From NCBI RefSeq assembly GCF_038025025.1, contig NW_027117347.1, positions 1,426,001 to 1,490,000 of the forward strand: a stretch of 64,000 bases of DNA, given 5' to 3'. The notes beneath the pieces were generated by a model. It searched no databases and had not been told where the DNA came from. It saw only the letters and a list, made by a program, of their open reading frames with translations. This document shows, piece by piece, positions 1 through 11,702 of the stretch. The position numbers and the translations under genes are program-made. This stretch comes from Phyllosticta citribraziliensis. Its lineage: Eukaryota. The number at the start of each line of letters is the position of its first letter. Positions within the stretch are counted from its first letter, which is position 1.

Positions 1-1517
1 GGTGGAAAGCCCACGCCGCAGCCGCTGCGATTTCAGCGAGAATCAGCACAATGCCCAATTTGCGAAAGGTTGTCCGGTATATCCAACAGCCAATGAGCAT
101 ACGGCGAAGGTTTCTATGCCTTGATGCGGCCGTGCTGCACGACACCAGGTACCTACAGCACCTGACACACGCCGGCTGATGGACTCTGAAGAAAAGCCAG
201 GCTGTTAAGGCTGAGGGACCCAACTTCCCCAGCCACCTTCTCGGCGCTGTTGCAAGCGGGTAGACAGATCAACAACGCGGCGCTGTGGAAGCTTTTCCTG
301 GGGCGTTTGGAAAGCGGCCGGCGAACTGAGCCGGATGTGTCGTTCTGAGGAGACTTGATGGCTCCGTCTTTTGAGACTCTCTACCATGCCTCGCGAAAGT
401 TTGTCACTTGGCTCGGCGATGTCGTGCCCTGGGAGCCAAAGATATCCGATGGCCAAGTTCGTGGGTGACATGCGTTGAGTAGTGGGCAAGGAAGCCGAGC
501 GATGCGTGCGTTGCGCCGCCTTTTGGGCAAGACAGCCGCATACGAAAGGCTACGTGGGGATGAGGTCTACTAATGCCAGCCAACACAAGATGTCAAGAGC
601 ACGGATTGTGAGCAAGATGGGAAGGTTAGTAGGAGCCTGCAAGCATGGCATTCGGGCAACGCGTGCGGCGTGTCTGGTCGTCACCGCGTCGATTTTAGAA
701 CACTGGTGTCGAGGTGACAATCAAAGGTGGCAGACCGACACAACAGCCAGGCCAAAAAGGACGTCGGCTAAGGTGCAAAAACCAAAAACGAATATCGTCA
801 TCACCCGCCCGGAATCGAACAGAAGTCAGCTGTTGTGGGATTCCAAACAAGTTGAATGATAACGCCTTTCCTCCCACGACGCCAACATTCGGACGATTGG
901 GGTTCCGGTGCTAGTCAGTCTCGTTGTTTTGGGTTATATATCGGCCTTTGGGCGACTTCTTGCTCATTGCCTGGTTTTCGCCTCTTCTGCCTGGCGGATT
1001 TGCACCTGCGCTCGGTCGATTCCATATTCACTCTTCAAGTCGCCGCCTCGACGGACTTTCACCTCACCATCGCTGGAAAAGGTCAGGTCAACCGTCAAAG
1101 TTCAACGCTGATCGATCCGAGATCGTACGTAAGCAAAGGAAAATCGTTTTATTTTCATTGAAGTTGATCCTACACGCAAGATAATACATCGGAGAACTTC
1201 ATATCTGCCGCTCCTCCGCTTCTTGCCAACCTCTCCATTGCCAACGTTCCGTTTGCATCGGCCTCGCGATCCTCGTGCCATAGCTTCATCCTTGGGACGA
1301 ACTCCCGAGTTCGTCAACTCGACAGCTGAGCGGGGCGGCAGTGATGGACGCTGCGGATAGGTATGACGTGAGGGCATATGAGCCAGCCGGCGCTGCGTTG
1401 CTCGGCAAAGGTTCGTGACTCGCTCATGAGTGTCGCCAAATCCGCGCGACCAGGCCAATGAGTGCCGCATGTTCTTGTTCGCACGTATTTCATTGCGCAT
1501 TGCAACGGGCCAGCTTC

Positions 1518-1781
1518 TCAACGTGCAATCTTCGTCCGCAGCGAATATGCAGAGCTCGAACGCGCAGGACTCGCCCAAGCAAAGCCGCCAAAGGTCAGAA
1601 TAGATGTCGATAGTGACTGCGGCAGTTTGTCAGTTGGCTGGAAGGAGTCGAGTTATGGCTTGGGTCCTCGCACCTTGCTCGAAATCCACGAGGATCGCTT
1701 CGCCACGTTGAAAGCCTTGCCCTCGCCGAGGACGTCGGATGGAATGGGAGCATTGAAGACGTCAATGTGGGACGGATCCAT
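1518..1781 (-). CDS. Candidate small orphan gene (68 aa, 2 exons: 1781-1674, 1616-1518)
   Basis: TATA-like AAATATATA at 1904-1896. ATG in CACAATGG context at 1781. 57-nt intron GTGCGA...CTGAC...CAG (1673-1617). No recognisable homology. Confidence 0.3.
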
Positions 1782-4275
1782 TGTGTGGGAGAGTTTTCAG
1801 ATGATTGATTCTTTAGGGTGTCCGCGAAAGAGTAAGACACAAAGTTGCAGGCTAGCCACTGAGGCATAATTTCTTTCCCCGGCGCCAACGCTTCCTATAT
1901 ATTTCCTGGACCGCACGAAGCAGTAAACACCCCGCAAAAAGGACCTCCCGACTAGCGCCGCCAAATCCGCAGCCAAGCTCTCGCAACAGCACCACCGCAG
2001 CCCCCTGAAACGCCTCGACAGACGCAAATGACGTTTGGCGCCTGCCCTCGAAATTCAGGCTCACGCCATGATTGGACGACCCCGTCGCAACGCGCGCCGG
2101 CGGTTTTCGCTCTGCAGGCTAGCTCGTCGGACTTATGCTCTCCACACCAGCTAGCGCTCGCGTCTTGTGTAGCTACGGCGCAGCCAAGCTACTAGAAGGC
2201 GTGCGTCTCGCTGCATCCCCGTGTGTGCGGCGGTTGATCGCCGCCTTGGCTGGGCAGAGAAGCACTGCCAAGCGTGGTGGTCTGTCGTCTGTTACGTACT
2301 TGTGGGGAAATCGTGTCGATGAGACTCGCCTTGGTATTCTTGGGGGTTCGCTGACGCACTTCCGCGTGTAGGTCGTCAATAGTGCCTTATATTCGCCGCT
2401 GATATTACCTGCTTGTCCAAAGGGGGACCCAGAGACTGGAACAGTTGAGGCATTTGATCAGCGACGACGATGGTGCGTTTTGCGCCGAGCAATTGAAGCG
2501 GTAGTATGTACTTCGAGCCTACATGGTGAGTCTTCCATCTGCCAGAATCGAGTGGCTAGTCGAGACGCGGCATAGACGGCAGTTATCGCAATTTGTTTTG
2601 CATTCGGACTTGTTTGGTCGGGAATTTTCCTTCTGGCTTCTACCGGGCAAATTACTGCGCGCCTTCTATCTTCCAAGCTCTTTCCTGTCCCCTTCTTGGC
2701 CGAATCGTCACCGGCGGATACTTCAACAACTCGAAGCAGAGGAGCTCGAGATTGGAATCCACGGCAATGAGGCTGCGACTGGTCCTTCGATATTTCCAAG
2801 GAGCTTGGCTCTACTATTAGACCATGACAAGATGATCAGAAGCACAGACGAATGCAGGTTTCAAACAAGTAGAGGCGGGTCCAGCCGGCCAAGAGGGTCA
2901 TGCTCCGGATAAGATCACCAAGCACTTGGTAGATGGTTTCAGACCACCGGTACCCGTGAGAAGGCCAAAGGATGATATTCTATGGGAACGAGCGAGTCAA
3001 TGCCGCGAATTGATTTCCAGACAGTGCGGCATTATCCATATGCACATTTGGCGGTTGTGACTGGATCTCGATCGAAGGACTCCGGGACCGCATCTGGCCA
3101 TTATCTTTGCCTTGTGTTTTAAAGTACTGGCGGCAATGTGTGCTTGAGCTTGAGCAGGGGAAGTTAATGAAGAGTCGGTCGTCTTGAATCCACTACGTTC
3201 GAACACTGATATGTGGGAGGCGTCGGACTCCATTGCTGGTCGCCAAGTGATGGGCTGCAAGCTTCTAGTATTCTTGGTGCGAAGGTTGTGTGCAAGAAGA
3301 CATCTGCGAATTTGAAGATGATGTACAAGCCTTCTTGCCTTCTGATTGGCCGAAAGGTCGTATAAGCTTGCCCGAAGGCCAAAGGAACCAATCCACTTTC
3401 TGCACCACCAGTCCAAACCTGCTCCAGCAGACATGGTGCGGACGTTATCTTTACGGCTTCAAATGTCCAGTCATCTATCATCTGTGGTCAAACTCATGCG
3501 TCTGGAGCCTGGGATGGGGATAAGCGAGGATAAGCGCCGGGTGGCTGGCAGTCATGTGCAGCTATATCCAAGGGCGCAGCACACTGCTGACTGTGTGGTA
3601 GCCGACGGCAGCCGTGTTGTGACAGGTAGCCTGCCGCAAGGTACAATGCGCGTAGCTCGCAGTGACATCATCCAGAGCAAGGGATGTAAAGCTTGGCCTG
3701 GAATGCGCTCCGCTTCACTTGACGACGTCGCGATTGAACCGCGCAGAGGCACGGTAGGGGATGGAAAATGTACGGCCGACGCTGCTCATTCTTCAGCTGG
3801 TGGTCTTGCAAAAAGAAATTCAATGTTGCACGTTGGCTTGGCACAGCAATGCCGCAGGCCGTAGGGCTTGTATAGCGTAGGACACAAATAGATAGTCTGG
3901 TACGCCTTTCAAGCCGGCACATGCATTGCACTGATAAGACGACAATTGAACTTGTGCAGATGAAGCGAGAATTGCGATGGCAATGGTCCTGGGCTTTAGA
4001 CTTTCCTTAATCGGAGCAAACTGCGTGGGGGATTCCATGGCCTCGGCTGGCAGGCCAGAAGAATCGCTGGCCCACCGAACGATGCGCAAAAGATTTGTCG
4101 TCTGGAGACAGCGGTGTCGGACGATGACGGGCGTTTATCTGGTCCAGACGGCGAGGGGATGCGGCAGAAGAGGGCGTTTGAAGTAGTTGACAGGCGCAGC
4201 CAAGGTCGGGCTCGGCTCAAAGCCCTGACATGCGCGGCCACGGGACTCCACTCAACACCTGCGCACAGATCCATC

Positions 4276-4330
4276 TTCCCCTAAGTACAGTTGTAGGCGA
4301 CTTCATCGTCTGAACCTGTACTTAGGGGAA
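4276..4330. repeat. 15-bp perfect inverted repeat / 55-nt hairpin upstream of arginase
   Basis: TTCCCCTAAGTACAG (4276-4290) is the exact reverse complement of CTGTACTTAGGGGAA (4316-4330). Confidence 0.9.
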
Positions 4331-4427
4331 ATTCAACACCAACGCGAAAAACTCAGTCCTCCCAATTTACGTAAAGCCCAGGAGATACGGAGAGCCTCAA
4401 TCTAGCCAGCCCGACCGCGACATGGCC

Positions 4428-4434
4428 ATAAATA
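4428..4434 (+). promoter_or_regulatory. TATA-like box of arginase
   Basis: ATAAATA in GC-rich surroundings, followed by a pyrimidine-rich leader and the arginase starts. Confidence 0.5.
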
Positions 4435-4584
4435 GGGTCCCGCGGCTTTTCAGCCGTTCGAACAATGGCAGCAGCGGTCCTCCAGAGTCTCATTCCTCAC
4501 ACACCAAAACCTGCCAAAGCCGCTTCCAACGCTCTTCCACGCCCCGTGCCCTTGTCTCTTCCCCGAATCCCCAGCCCCGTCATC

Positions 4585-5767
4585 ATGACACACGCACCCA
4601 CGCTCCAACCCAAGTTCCTGCCGCACCGCGATGAATTGGGAGTCGTCGCAGTCGGTTACTCCGGCGGACAGGTAAGGTGCACCGATCCAGGCACGTTCCC
4701 AGCTGCATGCTGATGCGGTGCGCTTTCAACAGAGGAAATCTGGCGTTGATGCCGCACCCATGGCACTCATCGAGGCTGGTTTGCTCGACCAGCTCAAGGA
4801 CGACCTCGAATTCAACATCAGCTTCGATGGACAAGTGCACAACTACTCTCACGTCATCCCCAAGCAAGACGCCGACCACCGCAACATGAAGTCGCCGCGG
4901 TCGAGTAGTGCGGTCAACAAAGAGCTCAGCCAGCAGGTCTACGAGCACGCATCGAAAGGGCGGTTCGTCCTGACTCTCGGCGGTGATCATTCCATTGCCA
5001 TCGGGTCCATCTCCGGCACCGCGAAGGCCACCCGCGAAAGGCTGGGACGGGAGATCGCCGTCATCTGGGTCGACGCTCACGCTGACATCAACACGCCCGA
5101 GACGTCGGACAGCGGCAACATTCACGGCATGCCCGTGGCCTTTCTGACGGGCTTGGCCAAGGAAGACCGGGATGACATATTTGGCTGGATCCAGGACGAG
5201 CACCGGATCAACACAAAGAAGCTTGTATACATCGGTCTGCGAGACATTGACAAGGGCGAGAAGAAGATTTTGAGGGACAACGGCATCAAGGCCTTTTCGA
5301 TGCACGACATTGACAGGTCCGTCGTCCTCCTCCTGGGGCCCCTGCGGCCATCAGTCTGACCCCGCGTCATCGGTTCCCCGACTGACTTATTATTAGGTAC
5401 GGCATCGGCAAGGTCGTCGACATGGCTCTCGGGTGGATTGGCAGCGACACTCCCATCCACCTCTCATTCGACATTGACAGTCTCGATCCCCAATGGGCGC
5501 CCAGCACGGGTACTCCCGTTCGAGGGGGTTTGACGCTGCGCGAGGGTGACTTCATCGCCGAGTGCGTGGCCGAGACAGGCAGCCTGATAGCGCTCGATCT
5601 CGTCGAGGTCAATCCCAGCCTCGAAGTGCAGGTACGTAGCAGTTTAAATACCGTCGCCATGGCCGAGCCTTATCCGACTGACTCTAGTTGATCTGCAGGG
5701 CGCGTCTGAAACGATCCGTGCGGGCTGCAGCATCGTCCGCTGCGCATTGGGCGATACGCTGCTGTAA
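4585..5767 (+). CDS. CAR1: Arginase (exons 4585-4671, 4733-5316, 5397-5631, 5699-5767; alternative in-frame ATG at 4465)
   Basis: Ureohydrolase Mn-binding motifs [31 protein letters not shown] and TGTPVRGG. Three GT-AG introns join the ORFs in frame. Confidence 0.97.
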
Positions 5768-6790
5768 TGGCCGTAATCAGACGGCACGTGGTTGGTTCTT
5801 GATACCAGCAATCAAGCCGTCGACGAAGGATTTTTGTTCGGCTAGGGTTCGGCGTCGGCTGGCCACTTTGGTTGAACGGGTTCGTCATTCTCAACGGGGG
5901 ACAGTGCTCGACGGAGCGGGTACGGCGGACGACGAATGCCAATGGGAGCGTTTCTAGACTTGATATCCATAATCTTCGCAGTATTGATAGACAATTGATG
6001 ATGCAACTGACACGGACACGGACTGACAAGAATCGTCTTCAACTCCTTTCTCCTTGAGCGCCTCAACAATCAACGCTCCCGCTTCCGGCGCGACATTGAG
6101 GATCCCGAAAGGCAAGACTCACACTCGGAACCCGATATCGGGTAGAGACAAAAGGAGGGCGCCGGGGGAGGATGACAGAGACAAAACAGCTGGCCCATTC
6201 GAGATTACTCGGCGTAGGTGGAGAGGGTGAGGGTCGAGGCGGGCCCCGAGTACCGTGCAATGGCTTACTCCGAGCTTCGCCGGTCCTCTTTGGCTGAGGG
6301 ACTTGTCCGTAGGGGCTGGCTGAAAATCGCGTATAAATCTAGTAAGCCCTACGGCGCCTGCCGCGGGGCCTGCTAGCTGTACGCCATTTTTTTGTTGCGC
6401 TTGTCGATAAAAAAAAATTTTGGGACGACGCCTCCGTCTCGTTTTCGTCCCCTTCGTCCACGACAACCAACACCACCACCCGCACACCCGAGCTCCCGTT
6501 CCCCTCTTCGTTTTGAGCTTCGCCTCTGCTCTTGCTGCTGGCGCTCGTCGGTAGCCGTTCTCCTCCGCGCAGCGACGCCCGCTCCGAAAACTTTCCCTGG
6601 TCGCCTCCGGGTTCCTCCCTGACTCGCCCCGGCACATCCGCAAGGCGCCATACGTCATTCTGGCTTAAGAGGGCACGCAGACTCGACTTGATCCAGAAAG
6701 GCGCTGCGAGTGCATTACAGTCGTTTACCGTTTCCTAGCAGTTTGCGATTTCCCAATTGAGCGCTTCAGATTTCGGTTTTCACGGCAGCA

Positions 6791-8659
6791 ATGTCTATTG
6801 CTTTGCAGCGCGCCCGCATGGGCAAGCTGGCCAACGGCGTCGCACCCGCGCGCCTGGCAGCACAATGGGGACAGCAGCGGAGAAGCATCTCCGTCGAGGC
6901 ATTGGATGCGCAAAAAGAGGGTGCGGAATCATGTATCCTGAAAATTTCGCGTTCTTGGAGCTGACTGGTGGTCCAGACAGAGAAAGAGTTGTAGTGCTCG
7001 GTTCCGGTACGCTCCCTTGTGACACCCCTGGATTCTTCGTGGTGCCAATGGCCCGGGAGATGATTCGCGAATAAAAGGCTCACATGTACGATTCAACAGG
7101 CTGGGGTGGCTACACTGCTGCGCGCCGACTCGACCCCAAGAAATATCAGGTCGTTGTCGTTTCTCCCCGTTCCTACTTCGTTTTTACTCCTCTTCTCGCC
7201 TCGACCTCGGTTGGCACTCTCGAATTCCGCACCGCGTTAGAACCTGTTCGCAGCAAGCAGACCGACATCAAATTTTTCCAGGGCTGGGCCGACTCGGTCG
7301 ACTTTAAGAGGAAGAAGATTGTTATTGAAGAGGCGGTGGACGACCCCTCCCAGGGCATGGCGTTGACGGCAGACCGTCATGAAAACAAGACTGGCGAGCA
7401 AAGAGCGTTGGAAAAGGCCGAGGAGGCCAAGAAGGGCGACCTGTTTGACCTGTCATATGACAAGATGATCATGTCCGTGGGATGCTACAGCCAAACTTTC
7501 AACACCCCAGGCGTCAAGGAGAACGCATACTTTTTGAAGGACGTTGGTGACGCCAGGAGAATCAGGAACCGTATTCTGGAGTGTGAGTTTTTCCGAAAGA
7601 TGAAAGGGAACAAATGCTGACCAGAAAAAGGCTTTGAGACGGCTGCTCTGCCTACGACCTCGGACCAGATGCGCAGGAACCTGCTCAACTTTGCCGTCGT
7701 TGGAGGTGGTCCCACGGGTATCGAGTTTTCCGCCGAGCTGCACGACATCATCAGGGAGGACCTGGCCAACCTCTACCCCGAGCTGATGTCATACTACAAG
7801 ATTACGGTTTACGACGTTGCGTCCAAGGTCTTGTCCATGTTCGATGAGAACCTCGGCAAGTACGCCATGAACGTGTTCAGGAGAGATGGAATCGACATCA
7901 AGACGTCCCACCACGTCGAGGAGCTCCGCACTGGCGTTCCTACCCACCAGACCGGTATCAAGGATCCCAGGGGTTGCTACACGCTCAAGGTCAGGCAAGA
8001 GGGAGAAATTGGCGTTGGTATGGTCGTCTGGAGTACTGGTCTCATGATGAACCCCTTTGTCAAGAAGGCTCTGTCTCGCTTCAGCGACCTGCCAGCTAGG
8101 AGAGTCGAAGTCCAAGGATCCGACAAGGGCGTTGAAAGCTGGATGGTCAAGAAGCACCCGCGCAGCGGAGCGATCATCACCAACAACCAACTTCGCATGA
8201 TCCTCGAGCCCGAAACCGACGAGGAGACGGGCACCCGTGCCATTCTGAAGGACGTCTACGCCATCGGCGACTGCGCGATGGTCGAGGGCACCATGTACCC
8301 GGCTACGGCGCAGGTCGCATACCAAAAGGGCAAGTGGCTCGCCAAGCAGCTGAACAAGGGAGAAGAGGCCGTAGACCACGGCAAGGGCTTCCGCTGGAAC
8401 AACCTGGGTGTTATGGCGTACCTGGGTAACTGGCGCGCTATCATGCAGAGCGGAGGCGGTGGCCACATTTCTGGCCGCGCTGCGTGGTTCATCTGGCGCG
8501 GTGCCTACCTGACCAAGGCTGTCAGCATCCGCAACAAGATCCTCATCCCGCTCTACTGGTAAGTCTTTCTCTTCCGTGTCTCGAAGACGCAATGGCTAAA
8601 TCTCATCACTCTCTAGGTTCGTCAACTGGGCGTTCGGCAGAGATATCTCTCGCTTTTAG
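6791..8659 (+). CDS. Type II (alternative) NADH:quinone dehydrogenase, NDE/NDA-like (exons 6791-6920, 6977-7006, 7100-7582, 7631-8558, 8617-8659)
   Basis: Motifs RVVVLGSGWGG, FVFTPLLAS, VVGGGPTGIEFSAEL, VYAIGDCA, PATAQVAYQKG and C-terminal FGRDISRF. Arg-rich, acid-poor N-terminus MSIALQRARMGKL. Confidence 0.93.
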
Positions 8660-9448
8660 CAATCACCGCCGGGAACCCGTTCATAAGTAATGATCGGGCG
8701 GCCGCGGCGATTCCCTACAGCCAAGCCGAAAAAAACATAAGGGAAGAAACAACATGAAAGGGAAATCGCAACGCCGCCTCCGCTCCCGCGTCGCCGACAT
8801 GAACGATAACGTCAGCGACAAAATCTCTCCTCATTCTCTCTGTAAAAACAAAACCGCCGCCCCCAACGAACGACAACGACCCGACCAAAACAAAAAATAA
8901 ACCCGACTCAAAACTCCGCAAAGAACAACCCCCCAAAATGTGTACATACGGTTCCGCGTCGTTGCTGCATTTCCAGGAGTCTCTGCTGTTCCCCACGCAC
9001 TTGTCTTTCTTGCTTGTTGGTCTCTCCTTTGTTTTGTTTGGGATAGAACGGTTGGGGTGAATGATCTAGAAGAGAGCATGCCCAGGGAGGGGATGCGGGG
9101 CGTTTGCGCATAGAACAGTTTCCCTTCCTCTTTTTTTGTTTTTCTTGTCATCACTCTCTCTTGTTTTTCTTTCCGGTCTTGGCTTGGATGGCGGAAGCAC
9201 GGCTCGTTTCTGTGAGAGAGAGGCGCCGCGTGGATGCATCCAGCCCTTCTTCGACCGCTCTGGTGAGATTGCGGTCTCCTCTTCTCCTCTTTTTTCCTTT
9301 TTTTGTCTGCTAAGTCGTTGCGCCTGCTGTCGTTGAGCGGGATGTTTGAGCGTTTGTGGTTGCCCTCCTGACGAGAGCGAGCGACCCCTGGGGAACATTC
9401 CTGGCTTTGTGGGCCTGGCATCGAAAAACAAATACCTACTTAAAAGCA

Positions 9449-9560
9449 TCGGATGGGTGGATGCACGGATGGATGGATGGCTGCTTGGATACTTGGATAT
9501 CTAATGATGGAGATATATGGTGGATGGGTATGTGGAAAAGGATTGGCTTGGATGGGATGG
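9449..9560. repeat. Degenerate (GGAT)n microsatellite tract between convergent genes
   Basis: Repeated GGAT/GGATG units. Confidence 0.7.
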
Positions 9561-9953
9561 GAGGAAGGGAGGCATGATTGATTGGTTGATTGTGGGGGGT
9601 TAATATACCAATGATAATTGTTTTGTCGCTTCTGCCTTTGATTCGTTGCCTCGTCCGTTGTCGTTCGAGAATGACTGGTCCATGTGTATGTGCTAGAACT
9701 ACATGATGGCGACATTGAGCGACTACACCAAGTGGCTCGCCAGCGGATCAATCGCAGATGACTGTGAGGGCTTTGGATAGGGACGATTTGAGAAAAGGCA
9801 GCGTGGAAGAGGAGATAGACGCATGGATGGGCTATCCGTTGGAAGAATCAGGGGAATATTCTTCACTCAAAAGTAGAAAAAGTTGTAATTCCTCCAGACA
9901 TTTGGTCAGCTTCAATTGACCCAGCGCTTCTCTCTACCGCTACTTCCCGCATC

Positions 9954-11702
9954 TCAAGACGCAAATTCATCCTGCATGGTTTTCGCCAGCGTCCACATGT
10001 TCTCCATCTTAGCCCTGGTCAACGCATCCTTGGCATCGGTATCCGTCTCGCAGGTCCTCGCGCCCATCCACCTGGAGAAAGCACGCTGCTTCTCCAGACC
10101 CTCCCAAACCAGGACGCAACGATTGCCACTCATGTCCTTGAGCTGGCCCGTGTCGTCCGTCGCCGAGAGCCATGGCTTCTCGGCCTCGCGAGACGACTCT
10201 TGGCGCTCGCTCGTGGGCAGCGCGTTCTCGGTCCACTTGATGCGGTGCAACATGAGCTTCTTGTAGTTTTTGATCGAGTGCGCGCCACCCTCAACAATGA
10301 TGAGGTTGAATTTGGGGTGCAGCACCGTGATTCCTGTCAGCGCGTTTTGCTTGGCATTGATGTCGACTTGGTAGCGGTGCTTGCCGTACGCAAGGCTGTC
10401 GACCTTGAACACGCAGCAGGATATACCCTTGGCTGCATCGCCAGCTTGCTGCTGCTCGAGCTTCTCGTGGCGTTGCTCCTTGGTTAGAGCCCGCTCGTGA
10501 TTCTCGATTTCGTGCTTTGTCGCTCGTTCGGCAATCTCGCGGTTGACGCGTGCCTCGACCGCAGTGGGATCTTTGACGGCCTGTTCACCAAGGACGCGCA
10601 TGAGGTTGCTCTTCTTGACCTTGGGAGGAGGCGGTGGTTCCAGACCCAGACGGATCTTGGCTTGTTGCTCTTTATGCTCCGCCATACGACGCTGGCGACG
10701 CAGCTTCGCTTGCTCCTTGGACGTAAGGGGTAAAGGTTTGGGTGCGGGCGCATTCTTGTCTTGCGGAGGCTCCAAAAGGACGGGATGCTGGACGTAGTGC
10801 GTGATGATGGAATCCGGGGTATCAATTTTGGCCTTTTCGAGATCGTATGCTCCGTCAACGAGGCCTTCATCCCACCATTCGACTTCTGGTGGAGCAGACA
10901 CAAGAAAGGCCTTTTCGTTATCTTCGTCCAGTCCAACCTTCTTCGCCTGCTCCGCAATCCTCTTCTTCATCTGCTCCAAGTGTTCCTGACGCCTCAAGGC
11001 ATTGGCCTGTTGAATGAATTTGCCCTTCTGATTGAACACCAACTGCTTAGACTTTCTTTCTCTTCCACTCGGCGCACTTCCGATGTTCGGGTCAAAGTAC
11101 GGGTTCTTCTTCAGTTCCTCCATGTTCGGCCCACTCAGATCCAACTGCTTCTTGTTTTGTTTCGACCCAGGAGACTCAGTCCTTCTGTTTGCCATTGTGG
11201 TTGCGAATTTCGGCTGCATGGACTTGCTCCCCCTCGCGCCAACACCCTGAGCGGAATCGCCCATGAGCGCTGGGTGAAGGCCAATGTTCAATCCACCGCG
11301 TGCTTTCGAAGTGTCCTCTTCATACTGAGGAGGCTGCCATGAGGGAGCAGGGGCTGGGGTGGAGGCCTTTTTCGTGGCAGCTGCCACGCGAGCCACGCGA
11401 GCCTTCATAGCATCGATCTTTGCCCGAGCAGCCTCGGCAGCAGTCTGCGCCGGTGCTGCTGGCGGGGGCGATGCGGCGGAGCTCGGAGGAGCCGGTGAAG
11501 GAGAAGCTGAGGTGCCATTTCTCTGGGCCTCCAACTTTGCTCTGACTGCAGCGGCGCGTGCGCGAGCCTCAGCTACGGCCTTGGAGATGTCCGGCCTGCT
11601 TGATGCAGTAGTCGGAGGTGCTGGTGAGGCATTGTTCGATCTAGGTCGTTTGCTGTCGGCTTGAGAGTCTCCATTCTCAGGATACGGACGTTTCTCGACC
11701 AT
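9954..11702 (-). CDS. PRP3: U4/U6 snRNP splicing factor Prp3 (582 aa, single exon)
   Basis: Motifs EWWD, ITHYVQHP, KIRLGLEPPPPPKVKKSNLMRVLG, DPTAVEARV, IVEGGAHSIKNYKKLMLHRIKW and CVLVWEG. Confidence 0.96.
   Translation of the reverse strand: MVEKRPYPENGDSQADSKRPRSNNASPAPPTTASSRPDISKAVAEARARAAAVRAKLEAQRNGTSASPSPAPPSSAASPPPAAPAQTAAEAARAKIDAMKARVARVAAATKKASTPAPAPSWQPPQYEEDTSKARGGLNIGLHPALMGDSAQGVGARGSKSMQPKFATTMANRRTESPGSKQNKKQLDLSGPNMEELKKNPYFDPNIGSAPSGRERKSKQLVFNQKGKFIQQANALRRQEHLEQMKKRIAEQAKKVGLDEDNEKAFLVSAPPEVEWWDEGLVDGAYDLEKAKIDTPDSIITHYVQHPVLLEPPQDKNAPAPKPLPLTSKEQAKLRRQRRMAEHKEQQAKIRLGLEPPPPPKVKKSNLMRVLGEQAVKDPTAVEARVNREIAERATKHEIENHERALTKEQRHEKLEQQQAGDAAKGISCCVFKVDSLAYGKHRYQVDINAKQNALTGITVLHPKFNLIIVEGGAHSIKNYKKLMLHRIKWTENALPTSERQESSREAEKPWLSATDDTGQLKDMSGNRCVLVWEGLEKQRAFSRWMGARTCETDTDAKDALTRAKMENMWTLAKTMQDEFAS

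Noticed and set aside
2372..3530. Protein-like fragments and possible splice sites suggesting a decayed gene
   Set aside because: In-frame stops, no consistent exon chain and no recognisable family motif.
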